Counted from the stretch's first letter, positions 1-9,703 are shown. The stretch is 64,000 nucleotides of DNA from an uncultured Verrucomicrobiae bacterium (GCA_963756875.1 CAVWPA010000003.1:1088001-1152000), one strand, 5' to 3'. Numbers and translations are program-made. Notes: generated by a model not told the origin, from the sequence alone.

Positions 1-317
1 GGGTTCGGTAGGGTCAGAATCGGAGCGGCCGACAGGCTCATCCCGAGGGTATCGATTTTGGCAACCAGAGCGTATTGGTCGTAAGACAATGTGCTATATC
101 CGGGCAGGATCGTGGAGCCGTCGGTCTGCTGCTGCACATTTTGCACTTCAACGCTGTATTGAGTGCCTGACGAAGCAAACGCGTTTGGAAGCCCCGCCAA
201 TGAGAGCAGAGCAATCAGCCTAACGAGTCCTGTCGAACGTGCTCGTGTCAGGAAAAGAAGAGAAGCGCTTGTCCCTTTAATACCAACATGAACCCTCCCA
301 AGCATGGCAAAAATCAT
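1..317 (-). CDS. 5' part of a putative secreted protein, truncated by the window edge
   Basis: Manual translation from ATG 317 (or 305) stays open to base 1: MIFAMLGRVH...VRLIALLSLAGLPNAFASSGTQYSVEVQNVQQQTDG; hydrophobic stretch ending AFA resembles a signal peptide. Confidence 0.55.
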   Translation of the reverse strand, partial: MIFAMLGRVHVGIKGTSASLLFLTRARSTGLVRLIALLSLAGLPNAFASSGTQYSVEVQNVQQQTDGSTILPGYSTLSYDQYALVAKIDTLGMSLSAAPILTLPN

Positions 318-480
318 GGAAAATTATGTGCTAAATGTCAATGTCGGACGTTGTAGTACGTTCCCTCGCGTCATTCTAATTCTATATTGGGTCCGGTACG
401 ACTACGCGTCGGCGCCGCGTCACAATCCACCATCGAGCCGATCGCGTTGCACCTGATGCGAGCTTGCGGTACAGGAAGAT

Positions 481-753
481 ATGGAGTGGCTGCGCAAAAT
501 TGCTCCCGGTCTTGCTCGTGCACCGAAAATGCGAAAGGTCATTGTCGCGGTGATCGGTGGTACCATCGTGCTGATCGGGATTGTGCTGCTCGTTTTGCCC
601 GGTCCGGCGCTGATTGTTATTCCAATCGGACTCGTAATTCTGGCGAGCGAGTTTGCATGGGCCCGGTACGTTTTGCGTCGCGGCGGGCGCGCATTTGAAA
701 ATGCGCGGCGTGGAAAATGGCGCGATCTCTTTTCGACCACTCGCGAACCATGA
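481..753 (+). CDS. PGPGW-family small membrane protein
   Basis: Two TM segments with LVLPGPALIVIP and LASEFAWAR motifs; ATGA overlap with nth. Confidence 0.8.
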   Translation: MEWLRKIAPGLARAPKMRKVIVAVIGGTIVLIGIVLLVLPGPALIVIPIGLVILASEFAWARYVLRRGGRAFENARRGKWRDLFSTTREP

Positions 754-1427
754 AGACTCAGCAGCGCGTAGCGCGACTCGTCGAAACGTTGCCAAAGGTT
801 TATCCCAACGCGCACACCGAGCTGAATTTCAAAGGTCCGCTCCAGTTGCTGGTCGCCACGATCCTTTCGGCGCAGTGCACCGACAAACGCGTCAACATGG
901 TCACGCCCGCTCTTTTTAAGAAATATCGGACGGCAAAAGATTACGCCGGCGCGTCGCAAGCCCAGCTCGAGAGCGCAATCAAATCGACCGGATTCTTTCG
1001 CAACAAGGCAAAAAGCATTCGAGCTGCGATGCGCGCAATCGCGGACGAACATGGTGGCAAGGTTCCTTCGACGATGGAGGAACTGCGCGAGCTGCCAGGG
1101 GTGGGACGAAAAACCGCGAACGTTGTTCTGGGTAACGCGTTCGGAAAAAACGAGGGGATTGTTGTGGACACGCACGTGGCGCGGTTGTCCCAGCGTCTCG
1201 GACTGACGAAGCACAAAGATCCGGAAAAGATCGAACGCGATTTGATGAAACTGGTGCCGCGCGAGTATTGGACGGATTGGAGCCACTGGCTGATCTGGCA
1301 CGGGCGCCGCCGGTGTTACGCTCGGAAACCGGACTGCACAAACTGCGAGATTTTTCAGCTTTGCCCGAGCGGGAAAATTCTTCTGCAGACCGGGGAAGCA
1401 CGAACGGTGGCGTCAAGCCGTAAATGA
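750..1427 (+). CDS. nth: Endonuclease III
   Basis: LLVATILSAQCTDKRVN, HhH LPGVGRKTANVV, VDTHV, Fe-S motif CYARKPDCTNCEIFQLC. Confidence 0.97.
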   Translation: MKTQQRVARLVETLPKVYPNAHTELNFKGPLQLLVATILSAQCTDKRVNMVTPALFKKYRTAKDYAGASQAQLESAIKSTGFFRNKAKSIRAAMRAIADEHGGKVPSTMEELRELPGVGRKTANVVLGNAFGKNEGIVVDTHVARLSQRLGLTKHKDPEKIERDLMKLVPREYWTDWSHWLIWHGRRRCYARKPDCTNCEIFQLCPSGKILLQTGEARTVASSRK

Positions 1428-1449
1428 ACCATTTGGCTTTTCCGCCGTG

Positions 1450-1881
1450 CTAGGATCCGCTCTCTTTGGATCCTTTGTGCAACCGCTTGAATTCCTCTTC
1501 GAGCTTTTTCAATTCCGCATCGGAAAGTTCTTCAAGATTGACCATGTGGTTGCGCGCGCCTTTCATCGCGCGGATCAGCTCGTCGAGCTTCAATTGAACG
1601 GCTTTCGAATCGCGGTTCTGAGTGTTTTGAATGACAAAAACCATCAGGAAGGTAACGATGGTGGTGCCGGTATTAATGACGAGCTGCCACGTATCGGAGT
1701 AGTGAAACTTCGGTCCGCTTGCGCCCCATATGAGGAGGGCCAGGATCGCAATTACGAATGCCCAGGCACTTCCCAGCATGATTGCCGCGCGCCGCGCGAC
1801 TACGCGAAATGCTTCGTTCACCAGGCCGAATGGATCCCGAGGCGCCTCTTGCTGCTTTACCTTTTTGCCTTGTGTAGTCAT
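1450..1881 (-). CDS. Low-affinity iron permease (Fet4-like) family protein
   Basis: YSDTWQLVINTGTTIVTFLMVFVIQNTQNRDSKAVQLKLDELIRA signature. Confidence 0.9.
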   Translation of the reverse strand: MTTQGKKVKQQEAPRDPFGLVNEAFRVVARRAAIMLGSAWAFVIAILALLIWGASGPKFHYSDTWQLVINTGTTIVTFLMVFVIQNTQNRDSKAVQLKLDELIRAMKGARNHMVNLEELSDAELKKLEEEFKRLHKGSKESGS

Positions 1882-1998
1882 AGGATCACACCCTCAATTC
1901 GCAGCACCTTCCTAATCTGCGTGTCACAGGATCGTCAACTGTCTCGGAAGTCGGCATTGATTTTCGCGGTGACTTGACGCAGACAATCCTCCGGATCC

Positions 1999-2862
1999 AT
2001 GCAGCACGCGACGAGCGCTCTTTCTCTTTTGCACCTTAATTTGGACGACGCCTGGCGCGACGAGCCGCTTCGCTTGCCGGTGCTCGATCTGCGCGCGTGG
2101 GGTCCGCAACTTCGGTTTTCCGCGCCGCCACGCTTGATCAACCGGTTCTACGACGAAGTTGAATCCCGGCTTGCACCATTTTTACTTTATGGCTCGGGCG
2201 ATTTTCATCATCTGAGCGCGCTCTGGGTCCGCCGCGTTGCCCGGCCACTGATGGTCGTTTCCTTCGACAATCATCCTGACTGGGACGTTCGCCCACCGAA
2301 ATGGTGCTGCGGCGGCTGGGTGAATCGCGCACTGGAACTGCCGCACGTTGAGCGGGTCAGCGTTTGGGGCTGTGGCAACTTCGAATGCTGGTGGCCAGGC
2401 CAGCTCTTCGGCAACCGTCGTGCCGAGCGAAGCGGAAAATTGGAAGTGCATCCGTGGGCTGACGAGCGGCCGGCGAAAGACCAGCAGCGGCGCGGCGCAA
2501 TTTTGCGTGATAATTGGCGCGAACGTTTCGAAAGCTTTCTCGACCGCGTGCGTGGCGCGGATGTTTATGTTACGATCGATCTCGATTGCATTCGAGCGGA
2601 AGAAGCGGTGACCAACTGGGAAAACGGGCGCTTTACAATTGTCGATCTTTCCTGGGCCTTGCAAAGATTGCGCGAGCATTGCCAAATCGTGGCCGGAGAT
2701 ATTTGCGGCGCATTTTCGCAACCATCCTACGCTCGGTGGAAGCAGCGGTTCGCTTCGGAAATGGACCATCCGAACCTTCCGCGACCGGCTGCGGACGAGA
2801 CCGCCAGAATTAATTTCACCGTTTTGGAGAAACTCTGGCGGGTTCTGGTTGGTGAATTGTAG
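1999..2862 (+). CDS. Arginase/ureohydrolase-fold protein
   Basis: Metal motifs GSGDFHHLS, SFDNHPDW, TIDLD, GDICG. Confidence 0.8.
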   Translation: MQHATSALSLLHLNLDDAWRDEPLRLPVLDLRAWGPQLRFSAPPRLINRFYDEVESRLAPFLLYGSGDFHHLSALWVRRVARPLMVVSFDNHPDWDVRPPKWCCGGWVNRALELPHVERVSVWGCGNFECWWPGQLFGNRRAERSGKLEVHPWADERPAKDQQRRGAILRDNWRERFESFLDRVRGADVYVTIDLDCIRAEEAVTNWENGRFTIVDLSWALQRLREHCQIVAGDICGAFSQPSYARWKQRFASEMDHPNLPRPAADETARINFTVLEKLWRVLVGEL

Positions 2863-2923
2863 GGCAAGCGCACCGCTTGCCGAATTTTTGGCCAGCCCGG
2901 CAAGCGAAGCGCTTGCCCTGCAA
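2857..2923. repeat. GTAG-type REP doublet
   Basis: TTGTAGGGCAAGCGCACCGCTTGCC...GGCAAGCGAAGCGCTTGCCCTGCAA; related copies at 20622, 29638 and 34428. Confidence 0.8.
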
Positions 2924-2941
2924 TCTATTTGCCGTGCGATG

Positions 2942-3286
2942 CTAGCTGAGCGAAACGAGCACGACACCGGCGGTGATGAGAAGCGCGCCGATCGTTAACT
3001 GCAGGGTCAATTTTTCCTTGAGCATCATCGCAGCCATCAAACTGATGATAATGACGCTGAGACCCTGGAACGGGTAGAGATAGCTCAGATCGAACTCCCG
3101 CAACAACCCCAGGGTGAGAAAGAACGAGATCGTCATCGAAACAATTCCGGCAGTGAGGGACCTGACGAAGTAGGCGCTGTGAAATCCGGACCTTGCCGAG
3201 AATTCCATCGCGTGCTTGAACCAAAGCTGGCCGGCGCAAAAAGACGTCAGCGCGCAAAAGATGAGAAAGAAAGGCACGATGCTCAC
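2942..3286 (-). CDS. SMR/EamA (ArnE/ArnF-like) 4-TM transporter subunit
   Basis: GTG start overlaps the upstream TGA (GTGA); GQLWFK, DLSYLYPF and LKEK motifs; 114 aa. Confidence 0.8.
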   Translation of the reverse strand: MSIVPFFLIFCALTSFCAGQLWFKHAMEFSARSGFHSAYFVRSLTAGIVSMTISFFLTLGLLREFDLSYLYPFQGLSVIIISLMAAMMLKEKLTLQLTIGALLITAGVVLVSLS

Positions 3287-3690
3287 AACTTCTCCTCGAT
3301 CCGTGCGAATGGCTTTGCCACGACCATGAGGCCGACGAGCACCAGCGCGATACCGAACCAGCGGCGGGTAGAGATCATTTCGCCAAGAAAAATCCAGCTG
3401 CTTAACGGCACCAACACGTGGCATACGTTCGAAAGCGGAAATGCGACAGTGAGCGGCATGTGCCGCAGCACGTAAAGCCAGCTGAAAAGGCTCAGAATTA
3501 CAAACACAATTCCGGACCAAACCCACGGTGAGAGCAACGCCGCGATCCCGGTCCATCCCCAGCGTGGTAACAGGTGCGCCGTGTCAGATGCCCCGAGCTT
3601 CAGGAAAAGTTCCGAGATGGTGACAAAGATTGCGCCGAGGGCAATTTGGAGCCAGGGATTACGGAGCCATCTAAAGAAACGGTTTCGCAT
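3283..3690 (-). CDS. SMR/EamA (ArnE/ArnF-like) 4-TM transporter subunit
   Basis: ELFLKLG, WLYVLRHMPLTVAFPL, FLGEMISTRRW. Confidence 0.85.
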   Translation of the reverse strand: MRNRFFRWLRNPWLQIALGAIFVTISELFLKLGASDTAHLLPRWGWTGIAALLSPWVWSGIVFVILSLFSWLYVLRHMPLTVAFPLSNVCHVLVPLSSWIFLGEMISTRRWFGIALVLVGLMVVAKPFARIEEKL

Positions 3691-4964
3691 CCGTCTTTCT
3701 TGGCGCGACTCGAGTGCTTACGCAAGACAGGATCGGATTTTGCGGGCGAAAAATACGGTGCCACGAATCGGAGGACCGTGTTCATCAAACGGGATGTGTG
3801 CCGCACATATAGATCGAGATCGACGAGGTCCAGACCGAGCCGCAGCTTTGGATCGTAGTTGAACGGCGCGCTGCAATAATATTTCAAGTCGTGGCGCAGG
3901 GCCCACTCGATCAGGTCGCGAAACGTCAGGTAATAAAGATTCAGATCGTGAGCGACATCGTAATCGAGACCGATGTCGTTATCGTAAAGCGTGTCCCCCC
4001 AGATCGTGCAGAAACTGAAAGCGATCGCTTTGCCGCCGCGGCGCCAGACGAAATAACGGAACCGTCCCGGCATGCGGCGTCCGGCTTCCAGGAAATAATC
4101 TTTCGTGAAAACTTCGAAGCTTATTTCGCTACGCTCTGTCACCTGCAAGTAGAGCGGATAGATTTCATCGACCACGCCACTGCAATCCTCCAATACTTCC
4201 AGTTGAATCGGAGGGGATGTTTTGTCAGACCTCCGAAGTTTTCGACGCAGGCCTTTTCGCGTGATTTTACTGAGGTGAGTCCGGAGATATTCGTCGAAAG
4301 AACTGAAATTGAGATGAAGGGCGAGCGAGGGGAACCCTGCCAGATGGGTGTAACCGGCTTCGATCAAAGGGACCAGGGTCTCCCGCAACTTTGCGCTAAA
4401 GTCTTTCGCCGCGATCAGACGGATTTTTTGCAAGCGCCCGTAAGTGATCAGGGCCTCGGCCAGAATCGCACTGGCCTGCTCCGGGGCGGCTGGCGCAATC
4501 ACTCCAAGTCTGCTTTCGCCCACCAGACAACCAGCCATCAATATGCGCGCTCGCAGAAACCGCGGCCGGAAGCACCGAATCCCGCCAACCAGGCGCGTCA
4601 AAACCGATTTTGCCGTTGCGGCGAGGTCCTGATCGACGAGGATCAACGGCTGCAGCGCAATTGCCCGGTCTTTATCATCGACCAGCACCATGTAACGAAA
4701 AGTAAAATCACTGGCCAGCGTCTCTTCGATCAGGCGGTAGTAATTGAAATCTTTTTGGTCGTCGCCGAACGCCGCTCGCCAGATTGCCGGATCGACATCG
4801 GCAGCTCGCTCAAAAATCTGGAAACCGCCGCTTTCGAGGAGGAGCGCCACGGAATTGCCGGGCGCAGCCGGCTCCCGCGGAGGAGCGCCGGCAGCATCCG
4901 GCACGGCCGGTTCATGTAAGACAGGCCTCGCCAGTTCCGGCTCGGTCGCGATTAGACAGTCCAA
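3600..4964 (-). CDS. FemAB-like/GNAT (Acetyltransf_6-type) protein
   Basis: Paralogue of the upstream gene: SFDEYL..LSKITRKGLRRKLR, IGLDYDVAHDLNLYY, NYDPKLRLG; start uncertain; overlaps the next gene by 91 nt. Confidence 0.8.
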   Translation of the reverse strand: MDCLIATEPELARPVLHEPAVPDAAGAPPREPAAPGNSVALLLESGGFQIFERAADVDPAIWRAAFGDDQKDFNYYRLIEETLASDFTFRYMVLVDDKDRAIALQPLILVDQDLAATAKSVLTRLVGGIRCFRPRFLRARILMAGCLVGESRLGVIAPAAPEQASAILAEALITYGRLQKIRLIAAKDFSAKLRETLVPLIEAGYTHLAGFPSLALHLNFSSFDEYLRTHLSKITRKGLRRKLRRSDKTSPPIQLEVLEDCSGVVDEIYPLYLQVTERSEISFEVFTKDYFLEAGRRMPGRFRYFVWRRGGKAIAFSFCTIWGDTLYDNDIGLDYDVAHDLNLYYLTFRDLIEWALRHDLKYYCSAPFNYDPKLRLGLDLVDLDLYVRHTSRLMNTVLRFVAPYFSPAKSDPVLRKHSSRAKKDGCETVSLDGSVIPGSKLPSAQSLSPSRNFS

Positions 4965-6124
4965 AGCTCGTTTGCGTTAGGGAATTGCCGCAGGATCGGA
5001 TCGTGGCGGGTCGGTTCCAGATATTTCAAGGCATGGCGAAAGATCGGATTAAGAAGTCCTCTCGTATGCGTGACATAAAGGTCGAGCGGCATCAGTTCGC
5101 AACCCAGATGCAACTTCGGATCGTAGTTCAACGGCCCGCTACAATATTCTTCGAGACCTTGCTTCATTGCCCAAGTCAGAACATCCCGCAGCGTATAGAA
5201 ATAGAGGTGCAGATCGAGCGCAACGTTGTAATCGAGGCCGAGGCATTCGTCGTAAAGCGTTCGATCGTGGATCAAACAACAACTGAAGGCGATCACCCGG
5301 CCTTCCTGCCGCCAGATGAAAAACCGGGCGCGCTCCGGCATTAGTTTTCCAAGATTACAAAAATAATCCCTGGTCAGGTGTTCGAACTGCATCCGCGAAC
5401 GCTCGTGGACCTGTAAATAGAGCGGATAAACCTGTTCGACGTACGGCGTGATATCGTTGGTGACTTCCATGTCGATCCTGGCGGCGCGTTCCGTCTTGCG
5501 AAATTTGCGGCGCAGACCTTTTCGCGTGATGTAGCCGAGCGTGGCGAGATAATCGTCGAAACTCTTGTGCTTGAGCGACAACCGCGTCATCGGCATACTG
5601 GGAACGCGTACATATCCGTTGGATGAAAAATGGTCGAGGGTCGGGCGGTATTTCGCCGGGAAATCTTTCAAGACAACGAGCGCGGCCTTGTTTTGGCGGG
5701 CGTACTTTCGAAGGCTGGCATGCAGTGCTTTTGCTACCCAGAGTTCGTCTTTGGCATCGCAGGCGCCGAGATGACCTTCACCCGCCGCGCAACCGACCAT
5801 CAGGATTCGCATGGTCAAGAAGCGCGGAAACCATCGCTGCACGGTTTCGATCGCCCGGCGAATCTTGCCCGGCACGCCTTCGACCAGACTTTGTCTGACA
5901 AAAAACAGCGGTTGAATGGCGCGCACTTTTCCGGCGGAGTCCTCGAGAACCCAGTAACGATGCTCGAAATCGTTGGCCAATGTTTGTTCGATGATCTCGT
6001 AGAAGCGGTGATCCTTGCACCGGCTCTCAAAGGCATGTTGCCAGTCTTCGGAGCATTGGAGTTCAGCGCGCGTGACAATTCTCGCGACGCCCTGAGGCAA
6101 GGGGATGGATTGGCTTTCTCGCAT
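4952..6124 (-). CDS. FemAB-like/GNAT (Acetyltransf_6-type) protein
   Basis: SFDDYLATLGYITRKGLRRKF, LGLDYNVALDLHLYF, GPLNYDPKLHLG. Confidence 0.85.
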   Translation of the reverse strand: MRESQSIPLPQGVARIVTRAELQCSEDWQHAFESRCKDHRFYEIIEQTLANDFEHRYWVLEDSAGKVRAIQPLFFVRQSLVEGVPGKIRRAIETVQRWFPRFLTMRILMVGCAAGEGHLGACDAKDELWVAKALHASLRKYARQNKAALVVLKDFPAKYRPTLDHFSSNGYVRVPSMPMTRLSLKHKSFDDYLATLGYITRKGLRRKFRKTERAARIDMEVTNDITPYVEQVYPLYLQVHERSRMQFEHLTRDYFCNLGKLMPERARFFIWRQEGRVIAFSCCLIHDRTLYDECLGLDYNVALDLHLYFYTLRDVLTWAMKQGLEEYCSGPLNYDPKLHLGCELMPLDLYVTHTRGLLNPIFRHALKYLEPTRHDPILRQFPNANELWTV

Positions 6125-6217
6125 TTTCCAAAGAAAAGGCTCCGTCGATCGGAAAACCGTGGGGGAGCTAGTATTAACAGCAACCGCGATTTTCTCAAGC
6201 TTTTGCGTAGGAGATAT

Positions 6218-7342
6218 CTAGGCTGTGCCTCTTCCGGAGCGCGCCTCTTTCCCGTCGACGTTTTCCACTTTCAGCACGCCGCTTCGAATATGGAGATCGC
6301 GCTGCGGGAAGGCGATTTCGATTCCAGCCTCACGGAACTTCCGTTCGATGGCGAAGTTGAGATCGCTCCGATAGTGACGCGGCCGGTAACTCATTTCGCT
6401 GCTCCAGACCACCAGTTCGAAATTAATGGAGTTGTCGCCGAATTCGTTCAGAAAAACGCCGGGCGCCGGGTCGCTCAGGGTGTTGCGATTTTCTCGCGCC
6501 ACCGCCAGCAACGCCTCGGTGACTTTCGCGATGTCGCTTCCATAGGCTACTCCAACGGGAATCCGGAAGCGCACCCGCGGATCGCTGTAAGTCCAGTTGG
6601 TCACCGGTGAATCGATAAACTTCGTGTTCGGCACGATCATCGTAATGTTGTCGTTGGTGCGAATCACGGTGCTCCGTGCGCGGATTTGGTGCACCTGCCC
6701 GGCGACGCCTGCTACTTCAACGCGGTCGCCGATGGTGATCGGCCTTTCCGCCAGGATCACCAGGCCGCTGATGAAGTTACTGGCGATATTTTGCAGGCCG
6801 AACCCAACGCCCACGCCGACCGCACCCGCGAAAACCGTCAGAGCCCCGAGATGAATGCCGGTGTTATCGAGGACAACGAAGATGCCCACGATCAGCACCA
6901 CGTTGCTGGCTATCTGGGCGATCGCGTATTGCAGCGAGCGGTCGAGGCCGCTGTTCACCAGAAAACGATTGAAAAGAAAATGCTTGGTCCGTGACGAAAA
7001 CCAAAAAACCAGGATCAAAAGCGCGATCAGCAAAAAGATCTGCACCAGGCTGAGCCGGATGCCGGGAAGCGGCGCGTTCCAAAGGAGCGGAACGCCGGCC
7101 GCGTTAACCGCTGTAACCGTAAAGAAGGCGAAAACCGAAAAACTTAAAATCGTTGTGAGAATCGCGGTCAGATTGCCCTCAATCTTGAAGCGGGCGAAGA
7201 GACGCCGCACCTGCTGGCTTTGCAGCTCCCTGGCCAACAGCAGGCCGGCCGAGAGCAGCACCACAAATGCAATCAGCCCGAGGGCTGAAATGTAATGCCC
7301 GCCGACGTAAAACAGCGGGCGCTCCAACAGACTCAGGTTCAT
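6218..7342 (-). CDS. MscS-family mechanosensitive channel
   Basis: GVGFGLQNIASNFISGLVILAERPITIGD, GVAYGSD, IEIAFPQRDLH. Confidence 0.95.
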   Translation of the reverse strand: MNLSLLERPLFYVGGHYISALGLIAFVVLLSAGLLLARELQSQQVRRLFARFKIEGNLTAILTTILSFSVFAFFTVTAVNAAGVPLLWNAPLPGIRLSLVQIFLLIALLILVFWFSSRTKHFLFNRFLVNSGLDRSLQYAIAQIASNVVLIVGIFVVLDNTGIHLGALTVFAGAVGVGVGFGLQNIASNFISGLVILAERPITIGDRVEVAGVAGQVHQIRARSTVIRTNDNITMIVPNTKFIDSPVTNWTYSDPRVRFRIPVGVAYGSDIAKVTEALLAVARENRNTLSDPAPGVFLNEFGDNSINFELVVWSSEMSYRPRHYRSDLNFAIERKFREAGIEIAFPQRDLHIRSGVLKVENVDGKEARSGRGTA

Positions 7343-7467
7343 GGCCCTTAGTCTGGGCGGGGTGCGGCCCTTCGCAACCCTCTAAAGCTTGCAGGCCGAC
7401 GGGTGGCGCGGGTCCAACTTAGCCGCGGAAAATGTGGGAGGCGCCTTGGCGCCCCGACTTTGTTCCC

Positions 7468-7737
7468 TTAGCTGGGCGTGCCGCCGCCGCCCTGCTGCTT
7501 CGCCCGCTCTTCGATGTATTTGGTGACATCGCCGACGGTTTGCAGTTTTTCGGCATCTTCGTCCGGCACTTCCACAGAAAATTCCTCCTCAAAGGCCATC
7601 ACCAATTCCACGATATCGAGCGAGTCCGCGCCCAGGTCTTCAATGAAGGATGCTTGCGGCGTAACTTGCTCGGGATTGACTCCGAGTTGTTCGACGATGA
7701 TGTCCTTGACCTTTTCCTCGATTGGTTTGTCTGCCAT
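7468..7737 (-). CDS. acpP: Acyl carrier protein
   Basis: [20 protein letters not shown] phosphopantetheine motif; start at [11 protein letters not shown]. Confidence 0.97.
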   Translation of the reverse strand: MADKPIEEKVKDIIVEQLGVNPEQVTPQASFIEDLGADSLDIVELVMAFEEEFSVEVPDEDAEKLQTVGDVTKYIEERAKQQGGGGTPS

Positions 7738-7930
7738 AAAAATTCCTGTTTGGTTTTTGTCCATGCTTAAAGGAGCGAGGACAGCATGGCAAGTAAATGA
7801 ATTAGCTCCGTTGTCAATCAATTTCCGGCCGGCTTGTCAGCCTGCTCGATCCGCAAGCATGCTCCGGAGAGTGCATGCCCCTCGCGCGTAGCGGGTCCGT
7901 CGCCCTCACGGACTTTTTTCATCCTGGCTC

Positions 7931-7963
7931 GCCCTCACCTTTATTCTCTCCCTCAGGGAGAGG
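7931..7963. repeat. CCCTCACC-type palindromic repeat (intergenic copy)
   Basis: GCCCTCACC...CTCTCCCTCAGGGAGAGG, shared with the in-frame copy at 15202-15257. Confidence 0.7.
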
Positions 7964-8041
7964 AGGACAAAGGCCGGTTGGGCGTTTGCTCTGGTCCCCC
8001 GGCAAAGTTTACTTCCGCTGGGCTTGGCGTAAAAGAGAAGG

Positions 8042-9574
8042 GTGGCGGCTCCCTCTATTGATCTGGGCGAATTACTCGATCTGAAAATATTGCCTGCATG
8101 GGTGAACGAACCCGAGCAAGGGGAGCGCTATGCACATGTCCAGGGTCCCGATGAACATCCGCGCGATCAGCGGTCGTTACGCGGCGAACACGGTGGCAGA
8201 AAACGCCGAACGCCCAACGCCCAACGCCCAACGCCCAACGCACGCAGGAACAGCACCGGGCGCGGCGGCGGTCCAAGCCGGATTCGCGACCGGCGGGATC
8301 AAGACCGACATAAACAAGGCCGGCCTCGTGAGGACCGACCTCAGCCAACCCGGCAAGCTCCGCTCAAAATCGCTGTACGTTTTTTGCCGCACGCGCATGC
8401 GCTGGAAAACGTCGTTGAACAAATAAAAACAAACTCGGTGACCTATTCGCTTTTTGCCCTGGCTCGCCTTTTCCTGGCAAAACCGGAGCGCTATGATGTG
8501 CGCCTGACTGCGTCAGCGGAATCCCCGCTCGTTCGCCTCGGTGAAAACGGGACCGTCTCGTCGGACCGCGACATTCTCGATCGGAACGCGTTTCATCTCG
8601 CGCAATCGGACTTCTACAACGTCGAGATTACGGAGTCGGAACCGATTAAGGGAAATTTTACGAACGTGGCGCGGTGCAGGTTAAGTGGGAAACTGTTCGG
8701 CCCGACGAATCATCACGATTACCAAAAACGGCTGCGCAGTTCGTACGAGCAACGCTTCAGCCGGCGGATGAGTTTCGCCGACTATCAGCGGCAGATCGAA
8801 ATCGTGACCGATCCGCAACTGGTCGAAAAATGGAAGGAAGACGCGCGCAAGATCGCGACGTTTTCGACGCTGCGGGAAGAAGCGCCTGCGACATTTTCAT
8901 CCGCGGCGGAAGCGGAACGGCATTTCCGGCAGCATTACTTGCCGGAGCTGATTCGAGACGTTCAGGAATTGACCATTGATGGGAACGCGAGCCGGCGATT
9001 GCCCGATCGCGCGCTGCACAATGCGATCGAGAGAGAGTGGACAAATGAAACGCGGTCGCCGTCGCATATGATGCAGGAACTGGCCGCGCAATTTCGTCAG
9101 GCCGGTCTCCACGTCTTCCGGCATCGCCGCGGGATGCTGTTTGTCTCGCCCATTCGGGCGCGGCCAATGGCTCAGAACGTCGCCATCTCCCTAACGGTGA
9201 AACGAATCATCGAGACGATTGCCGCCGCTCCGGGAATCAATCGCAAGGAGCTTGCCGACAAGCTGGTTGTCGACCTTGCCGGAGAAAATGGCAACCGCGC
9301 GAAATTGGCGCTCGCATCCGATCTGCGGTGGTTGATCAGCGAAGGTTACGTGATCGAATTCAACGATGGCACGCTCGACCTGCCGCGAGTAAAAACAAAA
9401 CCAGGCAAAGCTCCTGCAGAGGCCGCCGACTCGGCGGTGGTTACGCCAACCGCCGAAAATTGTGGGGCGTCTGTGTCAGACGCCGCTTCCGGCCAGGGGA
9501 CTTCTGTCACGGATTTGGACGGCGTTTCACAGAAACTCCCTACAATCGAAGAGGCGGAAATCGGCGGAAGCTAG
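8042..9574 (+). CDS. Hypothetical protein with low-complexity termini
   Basis: 510-aa ORF with a globular-looking core and a C-terminal HTH-like segment (PGINRKELADKL); no family recognised. Confidence 0.75.
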   Translation: MAAPSIDLGELLDLKILPAWVNEPEQGERYAHVQGPDEHPRDQRSLRGEHGGRKRRTPNAQRPTPNARRNSTGRGGGPSRIRDRRDQDRHKQGRPREDRPQPTRQAPLKIAVRFLPHAHALENVVEQIKTNSVTYSLFALARLFLAKPERYDVRLTASAESPLVRLGENGTVSSDRDILDRNAFHLAQSDFYNVEITESEPIKGNFTNVARCRLSGKLFGPTNHHDYQKRLRSSYEQRFSRRMSFADYQRQIEIVTDPQLVEKWKEDARKIATFSTLREEAPATFSSAAEAERHFRQHYLPELIRDVQELTIDGNASRRLPDRALHNAIEREWTNETRSPSHMMQELAAQFRQAGLHVFRHRRGMLFVSPIRARPMAQNVAISLTVKRIIETIAAAPGINRKELADKLVVDLAGENGNRAKLALASDLRWLISEGYVIEFNDGTLDLPRVKTKPGKAPAEAADSAVVTPTAENCGASVSDAASGQGTSVTDLDGVSQKLPTIEEAEIGGS

Positions 9575-9587
9575 CTGCCGCGCAGTT

Positions 9588-9693
9588 CTGTAGCGGCGGT
9601 CTATGGCCGTCGCACTATTTCCGGATTGCCGGCGTTGTGATGAGTGCTACCCGCGCAGGAGATTCTTGCGACGGTCGCAGACCGCCGCTACAG
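9588..9693. repeat. GTAG-type REP doublet
   Basis: CTGTAGCGGCGGTCTATGGCCGTCGCA...TGCGACGGTCGCAGACCGCCGCTACAG; similar copy at 59534-59605. Confidence 0.8.
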
Positions 9694-9703
9694 CGCTGCC
9701 GCG

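Noticed and set aside
420..1301. Long antisense ORFs (for example 420-1301, 3891-4919, 5630-6610, 15205-16269, 34780-35697, 37477-38547)
   Set aside because: They shadow well-supported genes on the opposite strand, have no recognisable motifs and are expected in GC-rich DNA
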